Shown: piece after piece, positions 1 through 10,786 of the stretch
Position numbering within the stretch: the first letter of the stretch is position 1
Layout: every line of letters starts with the position of its first letter
Assembly: GCA_030167865.1 (NCBI GenBank)
Contig: JALAGF010005432.1
Coordinates: 1-56,413 of the forward strand
Length of the DNA stretch: 56,413 bases
Direction of reading: 5' to 3'
Source: Craspedostauros australis
Lineage: Eukaryota
Translations under genes and position numbers: made by a program
Notes under the pieces: model-generated
Databases searched by the model: none
The model's input: the letters and a program-made list of their open reading frames with translations, nothing else
What the model was told of the DNA's origin: nothing

Positions 1-371
1 GGAGTTTGAAGTGTTAGATCCGTCAGAAAGGGGTATTGGCATGCGTGCAGGTGAGCCCCATTTAACGACGCCAGCCATTTCCATGCGAGATCCCCATTCG
101 TAGATTTCGATCCTTTCCACCCTGATTCTAGACTTCAAACTCCTTATCCGTACTCTTTGGAGTGTGCTTGGAGTGGTGGTAGTGTTGGATTGGATCGCGA
201 CTGACATTTTATATGGACAAATGGTCGAGTTACTATACATCCAGATGCGTAGCTCACACTACCGTCACACACAGCACCATATCATATCCAGATTTTCAGA
301 TATGAGTACCTTCCAGACGGATTAGAGACCTCAAACTTCGTGGCCGTACCCTTTGGAGTGTGCTTGGAGTG
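1..371. mobile_element. MITE-like / non-autonomous DNA transposon ends (one inverted, window-truncated copy plus two direct copies of a ~63-bp terminal sequence)
   Basis: 112-175 and 309-371 align and both end in CTTTGGAGTGTGCTTGGAGTG. Bases 1-33 are an inverted copy of the inner part (GGAGTTTGAAGT at 1-12 versus ACTTCAAACTCC at 132-143). Confidence 0.55.
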
Positions 372-918
372 ATGGGATTGCTATAATCAATTCTGCTTGA
401 CCTTTTGTTTGCACATATGACCAACACAGTGCACACAGTGACCGAACGATATCACAGGAACTGACTACATGTGATCTGAATCTCCCTGTAGTTGGATGTA
501 GACCATTCCAAGGTAAGTACATGCCAATGGCTGATGTCAGTATGCAATATAGCAGGTCCGACCCTCTGCTCAACAGGATTCATCAACAACATCATGAACT
601 AGAGTACTCTACGCTGTCCAACAGGGAAATGGTTGATGTGTCGACTTTGTGGCTAAATTATTATTTTCGAGTCTGTCGCAGTGATACGCCGGCCATTTCA
701 TTGATCCAATCATCGTGCCAGGCACCAAAACGACCTGGTTAGTGAATTTGCTCTTTGTTTTTTTTTGTTGTTGGATTGGATTGATCTCGCCACGCTGTCG
801 AAACGTGGTGTCCGCAGACATCGCAAGGACGTCCCAGAACGAGCGCGGTACGCTATCTCCTTCGAATAGCCAATCGTTGTGTGGCACGTGAATGGAACAA
901 ATCTGTTGATGAAATGTC

Positions 919-1616
919 TGTTGGAAATCCGGGGTTATAGTTAGTACTGTAGTCTAATCTGCTGTTAGAACTGTACCGTTTTAGAACTGTGAGCTCAATC
1001 TCACTTTCTCTTCCAATTTCATTTTCATTGTAGGCATTTTTTGCAGTGGCATCACAGGGCATTGTTGTGTTCCTCAGGTGCTTCCCTCTGCATTCAACAT
1101 GCCTTGCTTGTGCATCTTCATATTCTTTCCTTTTTGTGTCCTCGTCTTGGCATCTCACTGTTTGTATCTGCATATGCATAGCTGTCTACGTTTTCATGAT
1201 AGGAATCTGCAGTCCTGTGTGCTTGTCTGTCGTATGTTTTTATCCTTGATCCTGTGGCACCATCATCTCACAATTGGTGTTATCCTTGGTGATGTTCCAA
1301 ACCTGCAGTTGTTCTGGTCCTTTCTGATGTTCCAAACCTGTGGCGTTTCTTGTCTGTAGGAGGTACACATGCTGCTTCCCGGAGGGGGTGCGTCACTTGC
1401 CCATTGCCCTGCTGGTGTTCTGACTGACGTTGCTGTCTGCATGGTTGCTATGGTTGGTTTGGTATCGGGACCTCCTGATCTGTGTTTGGCGTGGTTCTTA
1501 TATTGCCAGAGGACAGGCTACCCTTTCTTCATGGTAGGACTGAGATCATTGACGTTCGTCTTTAATCATGGTTGTAATGAATGATATTCAAAGGTGTGAC
1601 GAATAGTATTCAAACA
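919..1616 (-). mobile_element. Possible solo LTR / TE relic
   Basis: Non-coding, CpG-poor by eye, bounded by TGTTGG...CAAACA (TG...CA with imperfect inverted ends). Internal 16-bp direct repeat TGATGTTCCAAACCTG at 1290-1305 and 1325-1340. No clean TSD (TGTC versus TGTG). Confidence 0.25.
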
Positions 1617-1932
1617 TGTGACGAATGATAGTGGGAGGCGCGGCAATCGTGGTTATATCAACAAAGCCGTACCCTCGATTCCTAACAAATGTCTGGATGA
1701 CCACCACACCCAAAAACAGGCCGAAACGGCGAACCATGTACCCGCTGTCTTCACAACTGGTGTGACAACACAACACGCGGACATCACCACAAACACCGTA
1801 AAATAGCAGACAAACTGTCGGCTTCGACGACGACACCCTCAACCACAAAGCCAACGGAGCGCATGCGTTCACAAGTCTGCTCCAACCTCGCTCGTCTCGT
1901 CTCTTCGTGCTGAAAGTGTTCGCGCCCTCACC

Positions 1933-3357
1933 ATGGCAAGGAAGCGACGCGCAAAGCATGTGGTCGTCACAACCGTCGGAAGGAAGCGAAGCACAAAGCA
2001 GGCCATCATCGCAACCATGACAGTGACGGGGTTGATGACTTTGAATACTATCTGGCAAAGCGGTCGCATCCACTCCAATACGAGTACACATACACAACAG
2101 GTGCTCTTTGGTATTGGATTTGCAGGACCAGACCCACGCGCTTTAACTACGCAGCCGGATTCCATCTCGCGTCCCATCACATCATTCCCAGATTTCATGA
2201 CACGAGAGACCAAATACGTGGGACCCCTTGACTCAAACAACCACACGTGCGATGTGACGGACCCATCTCTACCAGGAGTCTTCGAGGTGAGCAACTTCCC
2301 CAAATCCTACCCTCCAACTGACTTCATCAAACACAGGTACGGTAACTTCCAAGATGTCTGGGCGTCCAGCGAGGCCCCTCCAAGTACGAAGTTTGACACG
2401 GTAGTGTGCTTCCTCAAGACGCGAGAATTCGCCAATCATTTCCCCCATTCCATGCAGCATATCCTCCAGTGCTGGTCGTTGTGGAACCACTTTCCAAATG
2501 CAACCCACTTCATGATGGGAGAAAGCTACTTCATCCGTGCCATACAGGAGGGCTCGACCTTCAACACGGCGATCATCCACATGCTGCATCAAAACAACAT
2601 CACAATCATCCACGGTAAGCCCAAAGATTTCGCCAAGGAGTATCCATCTGATCGATCAAAACTTCTCATTGCCAGAACGTCGCATCTCGCTCATTACATG
2701 ATGGCCAACACAAACGATATGCAGCACTTCAAACAAAAGGTCATAGACTCCATTCCGGGATACGCAGCTCCTGCCACCTCCTGCTCGAAGGCCCAGATTG
2801 TCGACGATCTCGATGCCTACATAAACGCAAATTCAACGCAATCAAAGAGAACCCACCTCTCGCTCCTGGCGACAGATCCACAGCCGCGTATCGTGATCCT
2901 CAGTCGAAGGAATCATCGAAGACTTCTGAATGCGACAATCGTATCTACACTTCTGAAGGAACACTTCGATCTGACGTACCAGCCGCCGGTGGTATTCTTC
3001 GAGGGGTTCTCATTCGAGCAGCAAGCAGAGGCATTTGCGAATGTCGATATTTTGGTCACGCCTCACGGTGCTCAGTGTACTGGCTTGTTCCTGATGCCAC
3101 GATGCGGATCGCTGATTGAGATATTCCCACGTGCATACGGTATTCCAAATTTCTTTGGGGCGCTTTCGAGTCTTTCAGGCATCAATCATTCGTATGTGTA
3201 CCTTGGGGTGGACAGAGAGGCAGAGACCCCTGCGAACAGTGTCCATATCCCTTATTTGAAGGCGCGCAACGAGACGACTTGCGTGCCCATGAAGGAACTG
3301 TTGAAGGCTGTGACGACTGAGATCAACAACTGGAAGAGTTGTTGCGGATTTGCGTGA
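1933..3357 (+). CDS. Glycosyltransferase family 61 (DUF563), type II membrane
   Basis: 474-aa ORF with a basic N-terminus and hydrophobic anchor. Motifs HFPH, RIVILSRRNHRRLLN, SFEQQAEAFANVDILVTPHGAQ and LIEIFP. Confidence 0.85.
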   Translation: MARKRRAKHVVVTTVGRKRSTKQAIIATMTVTGLMTLNTIWQSGRIHSNTSTHTQQVLFGIGFAGPDPRALTTQPDSISRPITSFPDFMTRETKYVGPLDSNNHTCDVTDPSLPGVFEVSNFPKSYPPTDFIKHRYGNFQDVWASSEAPPSTKFDTVVCFLKTREFANHFPHSMQHILQCWSLWNHFPNATHFMMGESYFIRAIQEGSTFNTAIIHMLHQNNITIIHGKPKDFAKEYPSDRSKLLIARTSHLAHYMMANTNDMQHFKQKVIDSIPGYAAPATSCSKAQIVDDLDAYINANSTQSKRTHLSLLATDPQPRIVILSRRNHRRLLNATIVSTLLKEHFDLTYQPPVVFFEGFSFEQQAEAFANVDILVTPHGAQCTGLFLMPRCGSLIEIFPRAYGIPNFFGALSSLSGINHSYVYLGVDREAETPANSVHIPYLKARNETTCVPMKELLKAVTTEINNWKSCCGFA

Positions 3358-3661
3358 AGAGTGCGCATACAAGCAAGCGAAGAAGCCGTATTTGCGCAAA
3401 GAAGATGGCATACACTTTAGGTCTGTGCCCACAAGAAACAACAGAAGCAGATCCATGCCAGAGTTAACCGTGCTCGTGAAAATGCATTGGACCGGGCCGT
3501 TCACTGCGGCATGCATACCGTCCAACTCCCAAGAGAATTTGACTACATCGAGTAGAGTGGAGGTGAGGAGAGGCCATAGCTACTCATGATTAGATATCTG
3601 CACCAAACACCACGACATGCATGCATGCGTCTGCAATGCATAGTTCTCACCCCGTTCCTGT

Positions 3662-4399
3662 TTATCCTTGCTTCGGTGCCAATGCCGTGATGGTGAACCG
3701 CATCTCGTTGGGATCCCGTGCCATGAACGTCTTGATGACCTTACAAGCGTCCTTGAGCAATGTTGCCTGGCTCGTGGGTCCATGGTACACCGGGCCCGCC
3801 TTACGTCCATCCAGTTCGTACAGCTTGTCATCGACGCAGACCACAGCAATGAAGTGCGTCTCCACCTTGTCATCGATGTTGCCGCGACCGGTCGCATTCT
3901 CGCTGGAACTGGTTGCGGCATCATGCAGGTTGGCGATTTTGGAATCCTGCTCGAGTCTTTCAGCCTTGGCGATGGGGGACAGCGGGATGGGACAATCGTC
4001 GGCGAAGGTCTTGATCCAGGACTCCTGCTGGAAGATTTGCAACGGCTCCGGCGCATTGAGGAGGGCATGCAGGAGACCGATGGTACCGCAGGCATTTCCG
4101 ATGCGCTGCTTGATGAACCAAACCTTGTCCTCCATCTCCTTGGTCGCAATCGTGTCATCCAGCGGAGCGCTGAGCTGCGTCTGCGTCAAGGGGTACAGCA
4201 TGAGCACCGCGGCGGCTGGTTGCGGGATCATGTCGATGGCCCAATCCTCCGTGGAGAAGACGTCGACGAATTCGTACAAGGACGTGTCGAAGCCCAGCTT
4301 CTGAATGTAGTTGTTGATGAGGGATGGGTTGGACTCCAGCGGGAACCACTTCTGCTTGGTCTTGGTGGATGCCGCGGCATCTTGCGCTGCGTCTGCCAT
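3662..4399 (-). CDS. UCHL3: Ubiquitin C-terminal hydrolase, peptidase C12 (UCH-L3/YUH1-like)
   Basis: WFPLESNP, KQRIGNACGTIGLLHAL (catalytic Q/C), HFIAVV (H), LYELDGRK (D). Start placed at MADAAQD (4399) within the 361-aa ORF. Confidence 0.93.
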   Translation of the reverse strand: MADAAQDAAASTKTKQKWFPLESNPSLINNYIQKLGFDTSLYEFVDVFSTEDWAIDMIPQPAAAVLMLYPLTQTQLSAPLDDTIATKEMEDKVWFIKQRIGNACGTIGLLHALLNAPEPLQIFQQESWIKTFADDCPIPLSPIAKAERLEQDSKIANLHDAATSSSENATGRGNIDDKVETHFIAVVCVDDKLYELDGRKAGPVYHGPTSQATLLKDACKVIKTFMARDPNEMRFTITALAPKQG

Positions 4400-5332
4400 T
4401 GTGAGAATGTGTCGGTGCTGAGGATGATGGGTTTGCGAGACGATGAAAGGCTCCGTCGACTCTGCTTCTGTGTGGAATCCGTTGCCAACTGCGAAGATGC
4501 AACTTATGAGCAACACAAGCGATGGAGGTGGCGAGGACGATGGCACGTTTGTATTGTACGAAGCGACGCGGTGTTTATCGTTGCTGATGGCGAGAATGGT
4601 GCCTGTCTCCTCGTGTGGGATGTATGGTATGGTATTGCGCAGCAACAGCAACTCTGTGTGTGCTTGTTTCTTTTGTTGTCTTTTGTTGTGTTTGTGACAT
4701 CCAGAATCGTATTTTTGGAATCTTTCCCCTTCCATTCCCAAACACACACTTTGGATGCGCCCGCGTCTGAAAGTGAGGCGGTGACTGTTCGGTGTTGTGA
4801 CGAATCCACTCGTCGGACTGTTCTTTGTGGTACACTGACAGGGTACTGAGCAAACTCTCCGTTACAATTGCCCCGAAGAAAACACAGTACTATGTATGTC
4901 GTATATTGACGTCTCGCCTGACGTCATGGATTCGAGAGAGCTGACTCTTTGACAACCTTGGGAACAGAACGAATGGCGCGCAACAAGGGCAACAAGAGGA
5001 GGCAAGCAGTGAGGAGGACTGAATGACAATGGCGGAATGCCGATGCCAAGAGGCGAAAACGACCACGGGGACACCTGATTGCTCAGGGCCGCATGCATTG
5101 ACACGCTGCCATCAATCACCGCCCTTGACATCTTGGCTGCCACCACCGGAACAACCAAATACGCAGGGTCCAACAACAGCACTCTCAGGATATAGTAGAA
5201 TTCCCATAGCGACGAGTGCGGAACCGAGCTCAACGAAACGCAACGCAACGTGACATCCACGTGGCAACATTGAATATTCCATAGTGAGCAGTGAACAGTG
5301 AACAGTGAACCCGCGGTGAATTGGAAGACAGA

Positions 5333-7271
5333 ATGAAGTGGCGGATAGACCAACCGTTCGCGCTTCCGCTGATGCTGCTGGTGGTGGCATCGCCACCGTC
5401 TTCGCTTTCGTCGCAGCAGCAGCGACACAGCTTGTGCGATGCCTTCAACATCCAGAATAGGCCCACCAAAGCGGCTGCGGCAGTCGCATCCTCCGGCGAC
5501 GCGCTGGCCAACAGCAACAACGTTGCGTTCCAATGGAACCGCCGATCCCGGCTCGATGCGGCGACCGCGTTGCCATTGGAGAACAGTTCCGCTGCGACGA
5601 CGGCAAGCGCGGTCGCATCATCAAACACCAGCGAAGGAGATGATCCCAGCGTCGGGGTCCTCATGCTCAATCTCGGAGGTCCTGAAACAGGCGAAGACGT
5701 CGAAGGTACGAAGACGACTAGAGTGGAGTACAGTACAGTGCTACGCTCTGCCATGGAGGATGGTGGATTGGTTGCTACAGGACATGCGAATGCCAATACG
5801 CCTGCGAATGCGTGTGGGACGAACGATCAAGGCCAACAAGCGTTTTGAAATCGGCAAGTGTGGATTGGATCTCAACACATTTGCATTGGGGAGCGTGATG
5901 CATGATGCATGCATGCTGGAGACCGCTATTCTGCTGTGTCCGCGAATGCAAGCACCGTTCACGACGTTTCAACTTGCAGCATCTCTCACGTGTCTGTCTC
6001 GCCATCAATGCCAATATCAACACCGACATGCGTGCATATGAACATCAACAGGGTTCCTGTTCAACCTCTTTGCCGACCCTGATATCATCCGCCTTCCGGG
6101 GCCGCTGGCACCATTGCAGAGCACCATTGCCTACATCATCTCCAAGCGCCGTGCGCCGAAGAGCAGGGCGGCGTACGAGAGCATCGGAGGCGGGTCTCCC
6201 ATCCTTAAATACAGCAACGCGCAGGCGGATCTGGTGCGGGAATCATTGCAAAAGCGCTACGGCCTCGACGTCAAAACCTACATCGGCATGCGCTACTGGA
6301 AACCGTTCACCGAGGAGGCGTTGGATGCCATTCAGAAGGACGGCATCAAGGCGCTGGTCGTCCTTCCCCTCTACCCTCAATTCTCCATCTCCACGTCAGG
6401 CAGCTCTCTGCGAGTCCTGCAGGAGGAATTCGCAAAGCACGCCTCGCGATACGGTGACATGGTCCACACCGTCGTCCCGAGCTGGTACGAACGCACTGGA
6501 TACGTCTCTGCGATGACCAACCTCATCCAGAAGGAGCTGGACAGCTTCACGCCCGAGGAACTGCAGCAGTCCAAAGACGAAACGCCCGACCTGGCACCCA
6601 TGCACATCCTGTTCTCGGCCCACGGCGTCCCCAAATCCTACATCGAGGCCGGCGATCCCTACCAGAAGCAGATAGAGAAATGCGTCGACAAGATCGGATC
6701 GGAGCTGCTGAAACGGGCGGAGCCGGGCACCTTGGAGGTCCATCTCAGCTACCAATCTCGCGTCGGCCCCATCGAATGGCTGCGCCCCTACACCGACGAC
6801 GTCCTGCCGGATCTGGGTTCCAAGGGCGTGCGCAACCTCGTCGTGGTCCCCGTAAGCTTCGTCAGCGAGCACATCGAGACGTTGGAGGAAATCGACATGG
6901 AGTACAGAGAATTGGCGGAAGAAAACGGCGTGTCCAACTGGCGGCGCTGTCCCGCCCTCAACACAGACCCGGCCTTCATCGAGGACATGGCGGACATCGT
7001 CTACGAAGCCTTGCTCGAGCCAGCGCAGACAGTCACGGAGGCGTGCGTGGCCAACAACGTCGGCAACATCGATCTGGTACCGTTGGATACGACCGAAGTC
7101 AGCACGACTGGGATTGGCGGGGTCGGCGCGGATGGTGCGCTCTTCCAAGTCAGCGAATCCTTGAAACAAGGGGAGCGCGTGACTGCTCGCACGGCGATTG
7201 CTGCTGTCCTGCTGGCAATCTTCATCGAGTTCATTTCCGGGCAGCCCTTCACGAATTTCTTGGGATTGTAA
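5333..7271 (+). CDS. hemH: Plastid ferrochelatase (type II, C-terminal CAB-like helix); exons 5333-5705 and 6052-7271
   Basis: A phase-1 GT-AG intron at 5706-6051 joins GVLMLNLGGPE..DVE to GFLFNLFADPDIIRLP. Motifs LPLYPQFSISTSGSS, LFSAHGVP, SYQSRVGPIEWLRPYT, FVSEHIETLEEID. Signal peptide plus CDA|F motif. Confidence 0.95.
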
Positions 7272-7891
7272 ATGGGAAATAAACAAACATGAGCAACTCA
7301 GATTAAGCACATGAGTACGGATGAATTTGATGGAGTGTTCGTTGCATCCAATAGAGTCCATGCACCTGGAGTATGGTCGAGCAGAGCAATCTCCTCCACG
7401 GATGCCTGGATTCACGTCGTAAATAGGGTGTCACATGTACCGTCTGTCATGGTACCTCGCTCCCCAATCAATTGTCGGCATACATCATCCATCGAGTCTA
7501 GACGTACGATCGAGTTTCCAATTTCAGACGACTTTTGCCTTCACCTCGAGAGTGTAGAGTACTCGTCGTGATACGATACGCACTGCTGTACACGAGTGCG
7601 TGTGTTCGAGCATGTAGATGTGCCTCAGGATCTACACTCTCAGCTCGATTGGTTGGATTGACCAGGGGCGTGAACAGGCCTGTGTGTGTGGAATCAGTGT
7701 TGGATCGCGAGCAGAAAATCTTTGCGTTTCCTGATGCCAAAGATCTTGCCAGGGGATCCAAAAAGAACACTCAGCAACACAGAACATTCGTCGGCACTTG
7801 GGCTCGAGGGGATACGTGCGCTCACAAGAAGCCGCACCGAAGTCGGTCTCATCGCCGCATCCAGCCACATCTGACTACAATCGAATTCACC

Positions 7892-9682
7892 ATGCGCTTC
7901 TCCTCTCATCTTCCAGTGACCACGGCCATCCTCGCTCTCGCGAGTGCAGCATTGCACGCTTCGGCTGCGCGCAGCAGCCCACGAACCAGCTGCCAGACTG
8001 ACTCCCATCCTGACCGGGTCCACACCTTGCCTGGCTTCAATCAGCCTTTGCCATCAGCGTGGTATTCGGGACTGCTGGACTACACCTTCCAAGGCCAGAC
8101 GGTGCACACGCACTACGTCCTGATCGAGGCGGAAGACCTGGGAGATGGCACCGATGGGTCCGCCAGCAACCTGAGGGATGCAACCGCAAGCCGCATGCGT
8201 CGCTCGTTGGAGAAGCGTGAGGATGACGATGATCGGCGCCACCAACATGAACGCGTCGATGGCCACGCAACGTCACAAGACGAGACCGAACCACTTCCCC
8301 TCCTGTACTGGACCAACGGCGGTCCCGGCGCGAGCAGCATGTACGGTCTGCTCACCGAGCTCGGTCCCCTCTGGCTCAACGATCTGTCCTTGGAGACGGA
8401 GGAGTACCGCAAGACCGGCATTCCCGCCCCCTTGTACAATCCGTTCGGTTGGAGCCGGCTGGGACATCTCCTAATCATCGATCAACCAGCGCCCATCGGT
8501 TACAGCTACTGCAACGATGACAAGCTGTCGCACTCCTGCGGCGGGTTGGTGTGGAATGACACCATGACGGCTGACAACGCGTACTTGGCGTTGCAGGCAT
8601 TCTACGAACGCCATCCCTGCTACAAGGATGGGACAGATCTGTATCTCACTGGTGAATCGTACGCAGGCGTGTACATTCCCATGCTCGCGAAGAACATCGT
8701 TGATGGTAACGAGGTCATCGCAGCTCGAGAGGAGTCCCCGATTCTGTTGAAGGGCATTGCCGTGGGAGATGGGTGCATGGGAACCAAGAGCGGCGTCTGC
8801 GGATCCGACTTTTCCGACATATTTTGGCACATCGTCTTCTTCGCTGGTCATGGACAGATTCCATGGTCCACCTACCAAGAGATCCTTCAGGCGTGCTCCG
8901 CCCGTCTCCAGAAGAACGGTGGCAACGCAGCAACCAACGACGGTGCTGCCAACAGCGAGTTCGAAAATAACGACAACGACAACAGGGGCGACGAGTCCGA
9001 CGACGACGACGAATGCCAGAAGATGATTCAAGTCGGCTTGCGACAGCTCGGAGGATTCTACAGCTACAACCTCTACGATGACTGCACTTACCGCAATGGG
9101 CTGATGAAGACGTCTTCGATCGACTGGAAGGGCAACCCGGAAGCCTCAAGACGCGAGGCTCTTGCTGGGTCCACGGCCAACGGATATCCGTGCGGTGGCG
9201 GCCCCGTCATGGAGCAGTACCTGGCGTTGCCTGCCGTCAAGGAAGCCCTGCACGTTCCCGGCATCGACTTCTTCAGCGTCGACGACGCCGGCGGAGACTT
9301 TGACTACGAAGTTTCCGAGGAGGACGTGACCGGCACGTACTCTCACCTGCAGACGCTGCCGGGATTCAAGATCCTGATCTACGACGGCGACACGGACCCG
9401 GCCATCACCACCTTCCATAGTCAGAACTGGACCTCCAGCATCGGCCTCGCCGTGGAGGAGGAGTGGAGGCCATGGACCATCGACGGATGCCGTCGCATGG
9501 CCGGGTACACCGTGAAGTACGAAGGCGACTTCGAGTTCCTCACGATCCGTGGTGCCGGTCACATGGTCCCGACCTACAAGCCAGAAGCAAGCTTTGTGTT
9601 TTTGGAATCTTGGTTGAAAGGTACGGAATATCCCAGGTACGATGCGGATTGCACGGAACCGTCGGCGCGCGGCACCAAATGA
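7892..9682 (+). CDS. Serine carboxypeptidase, family S10 (secreted/vacuolar)
   Basis: Signal peptide MRFSSHLPVTTAILALASAALHASA. Motifs WTNGGPGASS, IDQPAPIGYSY, GESYAG (Ser), YDGDTD (Asp), GAGHMVP (His). Confidence 0.93.
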   Translation: MRFSSHLPVTTAILALASAALHASAARSSPRTSCQTDSHPDRVHTLPGFNQPLPSAWYSGLLDYTFQGQTVHTHYVLIEAEDLGDGTDGSASNLRDATASRMRRSLEKREDDDDRRHQHERVDGHATSQDETEPLPLLYWTNGGPGASSMYGLLTELGPLWLNDLSLETEEYRKTGIPAPLYNPFGWSRLGHLLIIDQPAPIGYSYCNDDKLSHSCGGLVWNDTMTADNAYLALQAFYERHPCYKDGTDLYLTGESYAGVYIPMLAKNIVDGNEVIAAREESPILLKGIAVGDGCMGTKSGVCGSDFSDIFWHIVFFAGHGQIPWSTYQEILQACSARLQKNGGNAATNDGAANSEFENNDNDNRGDESDDDDECQKMIQVGLRQLGGFYSYNLYDDCTYRNGLMKTSSIDWKGNPEASRREALAGSTANGYPCGGGPVMEQYLALPAVKEALHVPGIDFFSVDDAGGDFDYEVSEEDVTGTYSHLQTLPGFKILIYDGDTDPAITTFHSQNWTSSIGLAVEEEWRPWTIDGCRRMAGYTVKYEGDFEFLTIRGAGHMVPTYKPEASFVFLESWLKGTEYPRYDADCTEPSARGTK

Positions 9683-9931
9683 TCAAGCCGCGCCACGCAC
9701 GCACGCACGCACAAGAGTCATGTGATCCAAATGGGCATCCCGGTCTAGAGAAGGCAGCAACAGAGAATTCGCAGTTCTATGAGAGGTGGCGCTCTCTTCT
9801 TTGATAACATACATGTTGTTCTACTATTTCACTCCATACGAATGCACAAGTAGTGATCCGCCCAACCTGCATGATAGTATTTATGACACTGTGTGCTTGT
9901 AGTTCGGATCCTCAATGGAAAGTACACGCCG

Positions 9932-10786
9932 TCACTTTTCCAAATGCACAGTCGAGTACACATGGTGGTCATCGTCTGGAATGTGCATGTACGGCGTCCA
10001 CTCGCACGCCATCTTGATCCACTTCGCTGTGATGGGCTTTGGAAAGATGTCCTTGAGCTTGGGCAAAACATCGGCTTTGAATCGTTCTTGCACCACGGCA
10101 CCCTCCGATAGCGGCACGCTCTGGAATCGCAGAAATGTGGAATGGACGATGTTGGGGATGGAATGGATGCGAAGATCGCTGGCGTGGGTGGCCACTGTCG
10201 CAACGAGGCAGTCTCTCATCTTCTGCACGCCACCCGTGGTTTCCTTCCACAGCAGGATGCCCGCCTTGCTGCCGATCTGCGCCGAATCAATCTCGAATTG
10301 CAATGCCTGCGTGGGCCAGTCAGGATGCTGCGATGCCAATTGCAGGACGTTCTGCCATTGGGCCTTGTGCTTTGCGATTGTTTGCTGCAGTTGATCTGGG
10401 CTTTCACCGTCGTTGTTCTTCTCATCGGCACTGCTACCACTGCTACTACTGCTGCCCCCTTCGATAGTCTTGATGGCCTCCTGTTTGACGATGGGGTACA
10501 GCGTGGCAATCGTCACGTGCAAGTACGCTCCAGGGTAGAGGTACACCGGCGCGTCATTGTTGGAATGATCGTGGATCGGTAAATCGGCGTCATCGAAGCA
10601 TCCACGGATCCGCGGCAGGAAGTCCTTGTGGTACGGCTCCAACAGATCATCCGGCGGCGGCCACATCGCGTTGACGACGATGCCATAGTAGTCCGTGCTC
10701 CTTCGGATCATGTCACCGACCACTGGTTCTGGGATGAATGCCATCGCTGGACCATCACGGGGCTTTTGCGCTATGTTGGACGTCAT
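9932..10786 (-). CDS. Uncharacterised protein, putative 2H-phosphoesterase fold
   Basis: 284-aa ORF with coding-like codon use and two HxT motifs, YLHVTIA and IVHSTFLRF. Confidence 0.65.
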   Translation of the reverse strand: MTSNIAQKPRDGPAMAFIPEPVVGDMIRRSTDYYGIVVNAMWPPPDDLLEPYHKDFLPRIRGCFDDADLPIHDHSNNDAPVYLYPGAYLHVTIATLYPIVKQEAIKTIEGGSSSSSGSSADEKNNDGESPDQLQQTIAKHKAQWQNVLQLASQHPDWPTQALQFEIDSAQIGSKAGILLWKETTGGVQKMRDCLVATVATHASDLRIHSIPNIVHSTFLRFQSVPLSEGAVVQERFKADVLPKLKDIFPKPITAKWIKMACEWTPYMHIPDDDHHVYSTVHLEK

